The translations under genes and the position numbers were made by a program. Shown here in pieces: positions 12,896-26,999 of a DNA stretch of 64,000 nt (within the stretch, counting starts at the first letter, position 1; each line of letters begins with the position of its first letter). The stretch comes from Lama glama (taxonomy: Eukaryota): the NCBI GenBank assembly GCA_028534125.1, contig CM052816.1, forward strand, positions 27,468,001-27,532,000. The letters are read 5' to 3'. The notes beneath the pieces are model-generated. The model was given only the letters and a program-made list of their open reading frames with translations. It made no database searches and was not told where the DNA came from.

Positions 12896-14469
12896 TCTGC
12901 CTAAAATTCCACCGGCAGAGCTTCTTCTCTGAAGTTTTTATCCCTCTTTTAATGTACAACTCATATGCCCCATGGGAAGAGAACTAAGCTCTCGCCAGCT
13001 TTAATGCTCCCCCTTTAGAAGAAGGAAGAGGTTGAGAGGGAGGAGGGGAATAGGGCACAGAACAGGAGAAACCGCTGAGATGGAAAAAGCAGGTAAGAAA
13101 TTGGGGCTGCTGAAGACAGCGTTTTCTCTTAAGCGACAGGGATCATTTTATTTTGCTCTGAGTGATTTACTTAGATGAAGTTTTTCTCTGTTATGATGTG
13201 CAACATATATCCTTTTCCTGATCTCACCAACATCCTTAAGAAAAATCTACACGACTAGCCAGGGATGGGGGTGGGGGAGTGGAACTGGGGTGCTCCAGGA
13301 GGTGCAGGGTGAAAGTGAAGGCTGCCCAAAGAAGCCAGATGGTGTTCAGTTTGCAGCCCCTTCACCACTTTGATTAGGGGTGGATTTTTATGCACACAGG
13401 TGCTTGTGCACTGCAAATATTTTCCCTGCAGCAAACATGACAAAGCATCATAAAATTCCCATTGAATCTTCATCCTTTTTTTCCCCCACCATCCTCTTTC
13501 CTCCAATGTCCTCCTGAAAACTGTCTTAAATTTTTGTCTTTGTGATTAAAGGTATCAATGTATGGAAGATGAGGGAGCCAGAAGCCAGTGAAATTTGGGG
13601 GAACTGAGGTGTCTACTGGAGAAATTTATGATGTTTCTGCCAGTGATTCGGCTATGGCAATGTGACAAGGCACATGGTCAGCTGCTCTATCCTGTAAGTT
13701 AGTTCTAAAGGTGAAAGTGCTGGAAAATACTAAATACATACACTTAAATCACTTGAGAATTTGGCCTGTCACCCAGACACGCCATAAAGCAATGTTACTA
13801 GTTTGTAAAGAGAACCACTTTGCAAAGCCAACCAGTTTTACCCCATCCATCCGTGGAGAAATGTTCACTCCAGTTGACTTGAATTTTTCATTTTGACCAT
13901 ATTTGCAAATAGGCCATTTAAAGAATGTCTTGGAAGGCAACATGTTTTATCAATATGATGCCATTTTCCCACGCCCTTTGGGGTTCATGGGAAGTGAGAG
14001 ACAAACACAAAGATGAATATAATAACCATGGAAATCCAAAACCCACCTTAGCATTAAGAGGTGTTTCTCTAAAAGACAGGGGAAAGAACACAACCAAAAG
14101 TGTGATTAAATCTATTAAAAAGTAAATTAGTCCTTTGAAATAAAATAAATATAAGTGATCCACGATCCCTTCTGTTAGTACAGAATGCAAATTCTTTATG
14201 GACACATGAATAAACAAGAAGGATGGATGGAGTTGCGGCTTATGCTGGTTCTGAGTAAAATTATAAAATAGAAGAGGTTTGTCTTCAATATCCTCTATCT
14301 ATCCCATTCAGCGGCCTCCCCTGCCTAGTACCCACATATACACCAATGAAATTTTGCTTTCAAAAAGGAGCTGATAGACTCTTTTCTACCAAGGCTTATG
14401 AATGATGAGGTAATATCCCTCCCAGAGTCTGGCAGAGACAGCTAGTTCCCTACCAACAGTTATTCTGCT

Positions 14470-14870
14470 AAACTCCCTCAAGTTAACAGAGCCCCACTTT
14501 CTAGCTGGGAACATGATTTCCCAGCCAAAAGTCTACTGGCTCTTCATAGCTAGTGGAAGTATTGTGTGGGACTTGTAAAAACTCTTCTTGAAAAGTAAGG
14601 GACACAGTCTGCTCCTCTTTCCTTCCTTCGTACCAATGCCTGATGGCTGGAGCTCTAGCAGCCATCTTGGGCCAGATTACATCATGTAAACCTTGACATG
14701 ACAGAGTAGAAATGTGGATGTACCTGGGTCCCTGATAATGTTAGAGTCATCATAGAAGCTCTGGAGTGCCTTCCTTGGGCCTTATTTACATAAGATAAAT
14801 AAATGTCTATTTGTATTTTAGCCACTTTTTAAGAGTTTTCTACTCACATGAAAACCTAATACTAATTGAG
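14470..14870 (+). mobile_element. MaLR LTR (old MLT1 family)
   Basis: tgatggctggagctctagcagccatcttgg; ctgggtccctgataatg; ataaataaatgtctatttg..agccact. Confidence 0.7.
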
Positions 14871-15254
14871 TTACAATTGCATTTTAATAGTTGTCATTGG
14901 CTTGGAACAAAACGAATTCTCATTGTGACATTTCAAGTTTCAGAATAATTTTTTGAAAAGGAAAAAAATTTTGAGAGGGTATATGGGGCAAAATTGACTA
15001 TTAAATATATACTTTTCCCTAAAAATCAGGAAAAAAACCTTGAAACTGTAGATACTCAACTAATGGCTCTTAAAAAACTGATTCACAACACTTATTTTTC
15101 CAGAATCTTTAAAAAAAAATTTAATGACATTTGACTTCAGGAGAATAGACACCTACTTTCTCCATGAGCTTTTCAAAGAGCTAGGAGGCATCACTGTCAT
15201 GCCAGTTATTAACATATTGTCTCTGTATTCCATACTCTATTCTCTATATCCAAC

Positions 15255-15815
15255 TTTGTGATGCTGGCACTGGGACTCTGCACACCCCACTTCCACTTTG
15301 CCTGCCTGCTCTGCATTATGATCTATCAATACTGGGACTGGGGGAAGAATGTGAGGGTAGAGGAGAGAGAAGATTTGCTTCTTTTTGTAGGGTTTCCTGT
15401 CTGCTTTTGGATCCTGTATTACCCCAGAAATACTTCTTCATCCTGGCAGAAGCAGTTTTTTCCTGTAGCAGCAACTAAAACCAGTTTACAATTTTTCCAA
15501 CATTTGCAAATCAGACTCACTTCCCCTTCTCCACCAGACAGCACCATCAGCCACTCTGTGCCTCCTATTTGGAAATTAAATTTTTAGCTCTATAGGGTGC
15601 TCCTTCTAAGTGTCTCAGTTTTAATAGTTCAGATCTTTTCCCTTTGATCCCTCAGCCCAAGGAATGGTAGCTGCCACCTCTCTTATACAGTAGCATTCCC
15701 TTTTTACTCTAATTACCTAGGTAAAAACTTCATTCCTGGTTAACAATCTTTATATTAAATTCTCTCTGTTTAAATAACCAGCATGGTTTCTGTCTCCTGA
15801 CTTGTATCACCACTA
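15255..15815 (+). mobile_element. ERVL LTR (LTR33-like)
   Basis: 3' end tatattaaattctctctgtttaaataaccagcatggtttctgtctcctgac. Confidence 0.6.
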
Positions 15816-17026
15816 TCAGAATAAGTAATAAAAATCTGTTCTATTCAAATTACATGTTACCTTATTATTGCAATAAACATAAACTCAAATGAATTATTTC
15901 ATAGCATCTTGGAAAATTATTTGATGGCAACCCTCAAATCATTCAGACCACTAAAATTATATTTTTATAATGTTTACACCATCACTACCCTTCAAGAGCT
16001 AGAAAATGTTGATCTTCCAATTGTGACTTAACTGAATTAAATCATAAGCAGAAATCTGTTATTTTAAGCATATTCATATTTTCCTTAATTTTATATGACA
16101 CTCTTCCACTACTGACAATGCAGCCATAAGGTCACCACTGTCACAGAAGGAATCAGAGTAAAGTGAGCCCATTCTTAGATCAAAGATGACTAGGAAGTGT
16201 TGAGGGAAGCTGGTCCAGATCACCCTGCCAGTTCTCTGCACTCCCTCTGGGTAGCACCTGGGCCAGTGGCATTTGCAGTCTTTAGGAATTCTGATGTAGG
16301 TGGACAAAGAGCAACTGGGAACTGGAGGTGGTATGGTTTGGAAAAGACAAGAGCAATATCTGAAAGTTAAAAAAAAATGCAAACACATTCAGAAAAGCCA
16401 TTTAGGCTGAGGCGTGGCTTTGTGGGACTATGGCTGTCCATGTTGGTATTCCAAGGATAATTTTGAATAGCTAATAAAAAATTTTCCTTTCCTTATCACT
16501 TCTTCACTGTGAAGAATTTTAAACCAAGATATAAATTCTTTTACTTTTATTCCATCTAAATGTCAGGTGTAGACATAACAGTCTATGGTGTTAGGAAAGC
16601 TATGAAAACAAAAAATGGGAGAAATGCACTCTTTTTACCTTTAAGTAGAACCTTCTGCAAGGTCATTTTATGTTGTTAAGGCTCATAATATCACCCTATG
16701 AAAGCTATTGTTAGATTGAGCCTGTAATTTTCACCCTATATTGAGTATCCAAATCACAGAGTACTCAAGAGTTATAAATGCCACACAGGTATGACCATGT
16801 AATTGTAATATTGACATCTGGAGTGTTGGAGAACTGGTTATGGAAACCATCAGTATACCCACATTAGAGGCCTATAGTGTATAGAAATTCAAAAGATAGA
16901 CAAAAAAGGCGGGGGTGTCAGGCCACTGAATAACAAACAAATCTACATACCATATTATCTGACATTTGGAACACTTCTATTTCAGTAAGATAATTCTATT
17001 CCTATAGCTCTTTCTCAAGAATTTAA

Positions 17027-17655
17027 AGGAGTGGTTCATAAGCTAGATCTGGCCCATAGATATATTCTTTTTGGCTGCATAGAGTTAAAAATGTTTGAAG
17101 TGGTTGGCCTTATTTTAAAATTGGGAGATATCACACAAAATTGGGATTTTTGTACAAAACAGAAATAGACTCATAGACATAGAATACAAACTTGTGGTTG
17201 CCAAGGGGACAGAGGGTGCGAAGGGATAGACTGGGATTTCAAAATTGTAGAATATATAAACAAGATTATACCGTATAGCACAGGCAAATATACACTAGAT
17301 CTTATGGTAGCTCACGGAGGAAAAAAGGTGACAATGAATATGTACATGTTCATGTATGACTGAAAAATTGTGCTCTACACTGAAATTTGATACAACATTG
17401 TAAAATGAGTATAAATCAATAAAAAATGTTTTTAAAAAATTGGGATTTTTGGTTTCTTTTGAAAAGGTGTAAGATCAGACCACAGAGCTTACATTCCAAT
17501 GTGGCAACATCGAACATAAGCTGGGGTTCTGAGTAAGGGCTAAGCCTATAGCTTGGGTAGCCAATCTTCACTCTTGCAAAGTTTCTCATCAGCCCCTTGT
17601 TTCATTAAATCACAGTTCATGCTTGATTTTCAACAGCATTGAGTTTGTGACCTTT
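17027..17655 (+). mobile_element. MER102-like hAT-Charlie element interrupted by a young L1
   Basis: atctggcccatagatat..ggagatatcacacaaaa, then the L1, then ggtttcttttgaaaagg..agcattgagtttgtgacc. Confidence 0.55.
17153..17435 (+). mobile_element. 5'-truncated young L1 3' end (camelid-type) with a 16-bp TSD
   Basis: acaaaacagaaatagactcatagacatagaatacaaacttgtggttgccaagggg..aataaaaaatg. The perfect TSD aaaattgggatttttg is at 17137-17152 and 17436-17451. Confidence 0.9.
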
Positions 17656-18058
17656 TGTGATTCTTGATTTAAAATGTCCCTTTCCTCCATTTTTCTCCTC
17701 AGTTAAATATTTGAAAATCACTCTAAGGAGCACTGGCCCTCAAAAAACTGAGAATCCAGTTCAATTATCTGCTTTTCTATAGCAGATAATTACTAAAAAC
17801 ATGACATATTTATCAGTAAAAATTCAGAAGGGAAACTTCCTATAAACAGTTGGGTGAGGATGAAATACTTGGTTCTAGGAGGGAGGGAAAGAGCCAAGGC
17901 AAAAGAAAGAATCAGTGGCCTGAGAAGGAATTTTCATACATTATTAAAGGGTCACAGGAAATGATGCAACTAGGAAATGATGCAAATAATTTCAGAAAAG
18001 AAAGAAAAACAAGCAATCAGTGTTCAGATCAGCCACAGGAGAGATGGTAGGAAGGGGG

Positions 18059-18100
18059 AAAAAAAAAGAAAGAAAGAAAGAAAGAAAGGAAAAAGAAAAA
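18059..18100. repeat. A/GAAA-rich simple repeat
   Basis: aaaaaaaaagaaagaaagaaagaaagaaaggaaaaagaaaaa. Confidence 0.8.
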
Positions 18101-19999
18101 CATTAACAGGCAAGAAATGTGTTTTGGAGACCATCTGCACTTTTTGGAAGGATTCCCATAATTACTTAGTTATCCATTGATATAATAAGAACTACTCTTC
18201 TGCTTTAGTCAGTGGCCCTTGATTTACCATTAATTGACTCCCCAGATGAAGAATGTTGAATGTCTTAAGTTATTAGCCTAAAGAAAGAAGCAGTCAATAA
18301 AAAGGACCATAAATAAGCTATTAATAATATAGACTATTGTTGCATTTCCAAGATTTGGCCTGGAAGTACTACCTAAGAGAATTATGTCTCCTTGGAGGGA
18401 TTACAGAATTTGGTGGACTTTTTCTTTCTGCCAAGCTGACCATTTTGTCAAGTACCATATGTAAGTTAGTTTGAACTGAAAATGTGTAAGAATAGCACAG
18501 TAATTCCTTCTCAACAAAGAATGAGATATCCAATACCCATAAGTGTCTACATTTGATGTATTATGATAAAAAAAAGTGGGGAAAAACTACAGATACCCTT
18601 GTTTTGGTGTTCAATTTTAAAAAGAATTACAAATAGATTCATTGTTTATCAGTTCCCATCATGTGATATGCTTGCACAGTGTTCCCACTGTCTTCACACT
18701 CTTGATTTACTGTCTCGGAGGGCTAACAGTGCAATATCTTTGGCACAGACTTTCAAGCCACAGAATATTAGTGTCAGAAGTGTAGTCACTTGACTAGTGC
18801 CTCCAGGTGGAAACAAACACAATAAAGAATACAGCTGCCCTTGAAGGGAGCTTGCCGGCCAACATAGATTGGCATAGGACAGATGGGCCTCACTGTATCC
18901 TGGAGGAACCTTTTAAACCACATCATCCACCCTACAAAAGCCTCAAAGTTGTGCCTGAGCTCTACCCACTTCCAGGAGGTCAGTGCCTCCCAAAGCCTGG
19001 CTAACACTGAAATTGATCGTCATTACCATTCATTACAAACATCAACACCCTTTGTTAATAATGCTTCCTCCATCCAAAGCTGTTTCTGAAGGAAGCCCCT
19101 GGGAAGAAAGTCAAAAACAGGGCCGAGCCCATAAGGCAGGCTGGTTTTCTGTTGGATGTGTGAATGAATGTGCCTCTATTTTCTGATACATTTAGCACAT
19201 CTTCTCTGGTGTTAAACCCCGGAGATTCAGTAGTTTATGTACGCCCACCAGGTGAAGGCTGTTTCTGAGCATCAGCTTTTTGTTGTTCTTCTCCCCACAT
19301 CTCTCATCCTCCTACGTAAATAAGTCATTAGAAAGCTATTGTCATTCATTCAACAGCTCTGAATTTTGTGAACAAGGAACTCTTTCACAGGCCAGATGTT
19401 GATGGTTCAGAATCCTCCAATACAACCTCTCATTGCTCAGGAAATCTTACATAGGTTATCATCTCCCGCTGGAGAAAACCACTAAAAGGAGTCTCCCAGT
19501 GTCTAGGAGAAACTTGTTCTCAAGTCTCCAGAGCACAGGTCAAACATGAAATGTGACAGCTCTTTACTTGCTAACGTTCTTAGCTTGTCGTTTAAATTTT
19601 TTGTGGCTTAAAGTTTAATGAAAGCCTCGTTCCACCTCATGCCCAATATGTATCAAATAGCAAGGAAGTCAGTGAGTATGAACTGCTTTGTTCTCGTTCC
19701 CTTTAGAAAACAAAAAGAAGATCTGTGTGTATTTTACCAATGATCATCCTAAGTCATACCTAGGATCGGAAAGATTGGAATATTTGATTTGAAGAATTCA
19801 ATTTAAAATCAACTCTGAGAATGCTGTTTTTTCCTCTTTCTTGTATTTTCCACAGGCTCTTTTCCCATCACCTGTGCTCTCTTTCTCTTTGTTTCATTGT
19901 TTCCATGATCTGTCTCCACTTTAAGTCTAAAAGGACAAGCCAGCAAATCAAGGACAAGGTGCCATCTGCAAGTGAGTGGAGAACGTGGCATCCTGTGGT

Positions 20000-20466
20000 T
20001 GACTCCTCAGCTAATTTCCTCAGGAGGGATAAAGACAATGCCAATCAGCTCACTGTTAGAAAAACGTGGCTTATATTTTAACTCCATTATATTCTGGAGA
20101 AAGCAGGGTGAGAAGTCATGGGCCCAGTCTAATTACACAAGGTCTCAAAAATGGAGACCCTTTCCCCAATCTGGTGAAAGATATGGGACAATGGAAGAAA
20201 AAAAGGACTCAAGTAGCCATTGCTGACTTTAAAGGTGGAGGAAGAGTGCTGTGTGCAAGGATTGTGGGTGGTCGGTCTCCAGAAGCTGGGAAGGGGAAGA
20301 AAACAAGCACAGGGTCTCCAAAAAGGAACACAGTCCAGTTACTACCTTGATTTTACCCCAAGATACCCATGTTGGGCTTCTGACTCACAGAACAGTAAGA
20401 TAATGAATTTGGGTTCTGGTAAGCTGCTAATTTTATGGTATTTTACTACAGTGGTAATAAAAGACA
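20000..20466 (+). mobile_element. MLT1D-like MaLR LTR
   Basis: gggcccagtctaattacacaaggtctcaaaaatggag; ccagaagctggga; accttgattttaccccaag; cttctgactcacagaacagtaagataatgaatttg. Confidence 0.8.
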
Positions 20467-21174
20467 CCCCCAAAGAAAGAGATCAGTGTTATGAATGCAG
20501 CCTTCTGCAAAAATGTTCCTCAGCTAGTTTTGACCCCACTGTGCCCTAGAATCTTAATAGTCAGCTCATGGTCACCCAGCTCTAGTGTGCACTGGAAACA
20601 CCACCAGGGGGACCCTATCCCAGGGGCCTTGCTGAGACGCCCCAGTCAGCCGTCTACACTGAGAATTGTAATACAATTCACCCTATAGTAACAAAAACAT
20701 AAATATTCACATAACATTATAGAGTGGGTTCCAGAATCTCTCTCTAGCTCTTGTGAGAACCCTCACCCAGTGTGAATGAAGAAATAATCCTTTAGATTTT
20801 GCATTCTCTTCAGCGTGGTCTACATGCCTTTCCTGTCCACACATCAAGCTTGCTGTCTCCTGTCCTGTGTGATTCTATCCTTTGTTATGACATCTACATA
20901 TTTACAACTGGTAGAATCCTTACTAACTATTTTCCTCAGAAATTTGACTTCAATACACTCTGCTCCTTGGCTACTGACTACATTTCTTGTCAAAGTGCCA
21001 CATGTATAACTTTTTCCTTCTCTCCTTCAACTCTGTTCTCAGGACCACAGTCAGCCTTCTCTAACAACTTAAGGTGGATGTTTAAACCCTTCCTGGGTGG
21101 AAAGGGTCACTTTCAATGTAGAGTCTGAGCTGAAAACACATTTCCTTTTGTGGAGTCATTTCCTATTTAGAATT

Positions 21175-21715
21175 GTAGGGAATCGGAATATGCTACCTTG
21201 CCCTAAGGATTACTTTGAGCAAATGAGAAGCAGATACAAGAACAGCTCTTTGTCCCCCACCCCTTTGCCTAAAAGCAGGACATAAATTTGTAAAGGTGTC
21301 ACCTTTTCCTGTATCAGGAAGGGCAGAACTCTTCACACCAGGAGACAACTCTAGACTCTAATCAGCCCAGAGATGGGTACCCAGAGGAACCATAACAACA
21401 TTACTAAATAGCATTTATGTTCTACTAGTTTCCTCCATATATTTACCTTCCCACAGATTGCTGCCTCTAACAGCCTAAATTCCTTTCTCTTTGTCTTGTC
21501 ATATCTCCACAAATTTATTGTTCTTTGTTAAGATGCTATATAAACCTCTAGTTATGCCCACCCTTTGAGTTATGCATCGAGTGCTTCCACATGTATGCAC
21601 AATGCATTTGTTAATAAACTCAGCTTTTCTCTTGTCCATCAGTTTTTTGTCAGTTTATTTTGTAAGCCCAACCACTGAACCAAAGAGAGCAGAGAAATGT
21701 TTCCTCTCCTCCAGA
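21175..21715 (+). mobile_element. ERV1 solo LTR (MER34/MER39-like)
   Basis: Starts tgtagggaatcggaatatgctacc..aaggattactttgagc. It has a TATA-like gctatataaac, aataaactc, and a ttttttgtcagtt..gccccaaccactgaacc end. Confidence 0.7.
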
Positions 21716-22889
21716 GCCCCACCATAGAAAGTAACATACTGCAACACGACACTTTCTGCTTAACTCCATTAAATGGCATCAACAAATAGCCCATGATCAT
21801 ACTATTTAGCCGTCTCATACCCAGTAAGTGTGCACCACATAAACATGAGCAAAACAAAAATGAAATTTGGAATACATGGTACAAATAGCATGAGAACGTT
21901 GGAGATGCTGCCTGCAGTGCTCAGAAAGGAGAGGTAGATTTCATTTAAATACAGGGATGAGACTGAGTATTTTGACCATAATTAAGGCATATATGAAACT
22001 TCTCCAAAGGCAGAAGAAGGTCACACAGGGAAGATTATTGCATTAATACAATGTAATCCCCCGAAAATGGGACATTCCTTGCTGAAAAGCCTTATTACTA
22101 ATCTCAAGAATTTTAATTTCACTATAGGAAATGGGGAACTTCTATAGATTTTCTTATGACATTAATAATACACAATTGAAAAAAACATTGAGTGAGGAAA
22201 TCTGGAGAACATCTAAATTTAACATTTAAAGACTAAGCAAAGTAAGTTCTTCGGTTTCCTAAAAGGATCCACTGCAGAGTTTACTCCAAAAGCAAACATT
22301 TAGTAGGAAAAGAGATCCCTCTGATTTACAAAATATAATTAACACCTAACTTCTTGAGACTATGTGTACTACACAAAGCCAGACTTGCATGTGCATTCCA
22401 ATTCTGAAATTATGTTTAATGTTGGTTCAGACAGTTGCCTCCATGTCCCATCTTATGTTACTAGTAGTTGACATACGTCTAAACATTTTTGCTAAAAATC
22501 TTGACAAATACGTCTGGACAAGACAGTGAACTTCTGCTGTAGAATTTTGCTGCATTTAGACAGAGCTTAAGGAATGAAAGAATTTATTTCCAGCAGTGTC
22601 TTCCCTTTGGATGCTAAACCAATCTCCATTCCCCTTTCTGTGTGTCATGGGCTCAGTTCATTCAGATCTCAATCAAGATTACATTATCACAACTGGGAAA
22701 TAAAGCCCAAATTCAAGCAAGCTCTGAAATACACTGGTACAGCTTAATTTGCTAAGTAAAAGAAGAAAAAGTGGCTTATAGCCAAGAATCCAGCAACACT
22801 TTGTTAGTCCCCACTTTAAAGTATTTTTGCATGCCCCTCCTATAAACTCAGGTCTAGCTCAAACACTAGCTTCAAAATGCCTATCAGCT

Positions 22890-23030
22890 ACGGAGTCTTG
22901 GGTTATGTAACCTCTGTGTGCCTCAGTTTCAACTTATGTTTGGTAGGATGATAATACCTTGCAGGCTATCATGAAGGTTGAAATGTTTAGTATACTTTCT
23001 GGTAGGTGGTATGATATCATAATTGTTATT
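22890..23030 (+). mobile_element. MIR fragment
   Basis: gtcttgggttatgtaacctctgtgtgcctcagtttc..gatgataatacct. Confidence 0.6.
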
Positions 23031-26000
23031 ATATGATTTTAGTATGTCTTCTTCCCCATATTTGTATACATAATCCAGCAGGCTGAAAAATATAATTAGA
23101 AGACTAACTATAGATTTCTAAAATTATTCTTCGTTTTTCTAAAATATTCTGAGGAATTCCAAAGTTTTCATTCTGCGACTAATTCACATCACATTTTAGT
23201 CACAGTTTATTAAAAATAATTCCAATCTGCAGTCCTGAAAAGGAAGAAAATACTGAAAAGCTATAAGAAATATAAGTACATTTTCTAAAATTTTCAAATC
23301 AAACCAGTATGAAATATTTTAATCATGCTTCTTGTCATACTGCTATTCCCTGTTAAGGAAACTTGCCCCACCCTCTGGAGAGGTGGTGCTAGGTGGTCAA
23401 GTTCTCTAGCATAGTACTCAACTCCCAATCCCCAATCTAAGCTGATTGGATCGGAGCTGGGCACTGGACAAAGGATGCCCATCATAGGCTCACCAGTGGT
23501 CTAGGACATGGCCTGACATGAACAGATGAACTGGTTGAATCACAATTCCTTTCTTGGGAAGGATAAGAGTAATGGTTGCTAAAGCAGAGAGGACACTGGG
23601 AAAGAGTTGTGAAGTTGAGCAGCGGCATGAAACACCATGGCCAATAAGTTATTCATGAGAAGAAGACAGAAGAGGAGATGAAGTGACTGTGGGTGAAACA
23701 GGGGAGAGCAGGGAAACAGGCTAATGTTGGGAGACTCAGGTGAGAGTCCCTAAGGGGTTGCCACTGCTGCCTGGGTGCAGAAGACAAATGATGTTCTTTA
23801 GTCTTTCTATCTCGCACTATGTCTAGAGAATAACTGTGATCCTGGAACTTTGGGATAATCCTACTAGAGAACAGAAGAAGCCTTTGTCACAATGCTCCAA
23901 ATAAGAAATGAGAAATCATATGTTACTGCTATGAGTGATGGCAAGTACAAAAGAGGTAGCAGGTCACCTCACAGGCAGTGACCAGGCCAGTCTTGCAGAG
24001 CTTGACTGCAGATGGGCCTCTTTCTTCATCTCACTTAAGAAGGAAAGCAGGGTGGGGTCTCTAGTTCTGATCAGACTTTTGGAAAAAAATTCAAGAAAGA
24101 GACCTGATACGTATAGGGCTGAAAAGCCAATGGGGATAATACCTGATTATTAACACTCTACTCAGAAGATATGAAAAGAACTTGGTTAAGGAGCTCCTTT
24201 GACTTTCCCCTAGAATGCCGAAGCTTTTATGAAAAACAACCTACTAGTTATTTTGGCCTGGAGAACAGAGTCCACTCAACTCTTTGGCTAGGGATTCCCC
24301 TGGAACAGGTAGTTCTTGTGCTTCCTGAGGCCCGGTTGTTAGATTCCCCTATTTCCACACACGTATCCTTACAATAAATGCCCCATTGTCTCAGTACACC
24401 TGAGGCCACTAAGAAGGCCTGTCTGGAAATGGATTTATGTAATAATTCATTCATCCCAGAATGCTGCCTCTGGCAGTGGAGTCCAGAACAGATATTTTGT
24501 GACATAATTTTTGAGTTCCCAATACAACGACCACCTTTTTCACTAGAGATATTTCCAAATAACCCAACCCTTCCATCTATGAGTTAACAGGCTAATTAAT
24601 TATTACAATATGTTTACTTCACATGTGTAACTGTTAGGATTGTGTGTCATTGCAAATAAAAAGAATCCTAATCCAGTCACTTAAAGAAACAAGGGCACAT
24701 ATTTTTATCAAAGTATGGAGTCTTTTTTGAAAAAAGCAATCAGATTCTCAATAATATCAATGCTTCAGTGATGGTGTTGGCCTTTCCCAAGGATGCAACT
24801 ACTGTATTATTACTTATTATTACTATGGCATTATTTGAATTATGTGCTTCTACTGTTGCATACAGAACAGATGGACCAATCCTAGGGTCCCCAGTCCTAG
24901 GGTCTAGTAGAACTGTTTTCCTTGTGGATTTTCTGTGAAGGTCTGTCGTTAGCCCAACCCTCAGGTGAACTTTTCAAACAATTCTGCCAGCCTAAGGACA
25001 CCAACAATACTCACCATGAGCATCCTCTTCCTTTCCTTCTCCTCCTTCAACTTTCCTGTCCTTTCATGCCCAGAAGTCCCATCTACAAGGCTACTCCACT
25101 AAAAGACATAAATGGCACATAACTCCTAAGGTGACTAAAAAGGCTTTTCCTTCATCTCTATCTTGAGAATTATTTAATTTTCCTGGATTCCAGAGTAGGA
25201 AGGTGCAGATGAATGCACTTAGTAAATCCCCATTAACTTTCCGTGGGCTTTAAAAATTTCTCAAGGTTTTACTTTATCTGTTCAGTGTTCTTTTCTTACA
25301 GTTGTGTTCTTAAGCTTCCATTTTAGTGTTGTAAACTAGTTTTCACTTTTTTGTTATAGTTTTTCTAGTTTTCTAATTTTTCAAATACCAGGATCTTCTA
25401 ATACCACAATTATATGTCAAAAATACATTAGACTGAAGTATCTCAAAATGCATAGATTTTAAATCTGTCTTATAGATATCATGTGGAAGAATGACACAAT
25501 TTCAGGCTACAAATCTTGATTCTTTTTGGTTAATTGTAAAATTTCAGTTACAAAATTAACACTGAAATAAATTCAGTCATGCTAAAGATTACTAAATTGT
25601 TGGTGAATTATGACAGAACCTATTTTATTTAGTGAAGCAATGAATAGTGTATATTTCAGTAATTACAGCAAGAACAGTATTCTTGGGTTACTTATCAATA
25701 AGCTTTTTCTGGGAATCTCTGTTGAAAAGTTTATTTGGAAACTTCTTGTCACCTGTAAATATCCCAATAATTAAAATAATCAAATTCTAGTTGACATGGT
25801 ATTTGACATAGGAAATAGGCTAACTGAAGAGGAAAATGTGGTTTTAATTTTTGTTGATTGAAATGCCATGTGTTTCATATATAAGATGGTTCACTTGGAG
25901 CTGAACAGAGAGAGCAATCCAAGATTTATCTTATTTTAATGTTGCACAATCATTTGGTATTTTTGAGACGAAGTGCCATAAACTGATCCAAATAATGTAA

Positions 26001-26999
26001 AAACTAATTTCTTACTTCACATTTCTGATTTTAAAATGAGCCTTAACATAAATCACTTTTTCACAAACCAAATACAGGTATTTCCATTTTTTCCAAGGAA
26101 TATATATACTTGCTTGGTAAGAGGCTGGAATCTTACTCCAGATGCCTTCTAGGTCAAAGAGAATATACCGATAATCATTGTCAGAATCTTCACTTGACAA
26201 TGAATCAATGCCAGGATGCCAGCCCATCTAGCACTTATTAGGTAATGATATGCTGGATTGTAACTAAGTCATATGGTATTAATAAGGACAACTGTTGACT
26301 GAAAATTGAATTCTGAGTCTTTCTCCAATTGTGTATTTCTTCTATTTTCAACCCTCACTAGATTTCATTTTGTTCTTTGTTCATTTCACAGTGATTGTAC
26401 TAAAATAAATTTGACCACATCTTTTGACTTGGGAGATGGTGACACTGGTGGGGAGGGTAGGTGAGATGAACATGAGGATGTTTTCCTTTGCCACAGCTCT
26501 CCAGCTAGGTTCTAGACCTTGCTGTGGGCTTATACAGGGGGAGCTGAGGGCTGGAGAGGAGAGCAAGAGGAAAGGTAAAAGGGACTAGTAGACACTCTAA
26601 ACAATTTTAAGCATTTTTATTCCTATATGATTGCCTATTAATGATTTGGCAGAAAAATAAGCATCTTCTTGTACACCAGTCATCATCTTACATTTTCTTT
26701 CTGCTCACTTGCTCCGCTCCTGTACTTTTTGCTTTTTGCATCTTAATGCCTCTCCTTTCCTGTATTCTTTCACTCCTATCTCCATTCTTCCACTGATACT
26801 GGATAATATTTTGTGATATGCTATATTAATCCACAGAGAAAAAAATTTTGCATATACCATTGATGTAGCGGGTTATTCCTTTTGGATATTTTGCCTATGT
26901 TTACTGCCAAGTAGGTGAACGAATGTGCCTTGCCATCTACATGCTGTTTCAGGCAGAGTATGTGAATAACCACTCCTACCCTTTAATCCATCTTTTTTC

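Noticed and set aside
19244..19260. CTCF-like ccaccaggtgaagg
   Set aside because: Mismatches in the core GGC; too weak to call.
26012..26227. ORF with an acidic stretch (SSEDSDNDY) and a possible donor
   Set aside because: No convincing acceptor or homology; consistent with chance.
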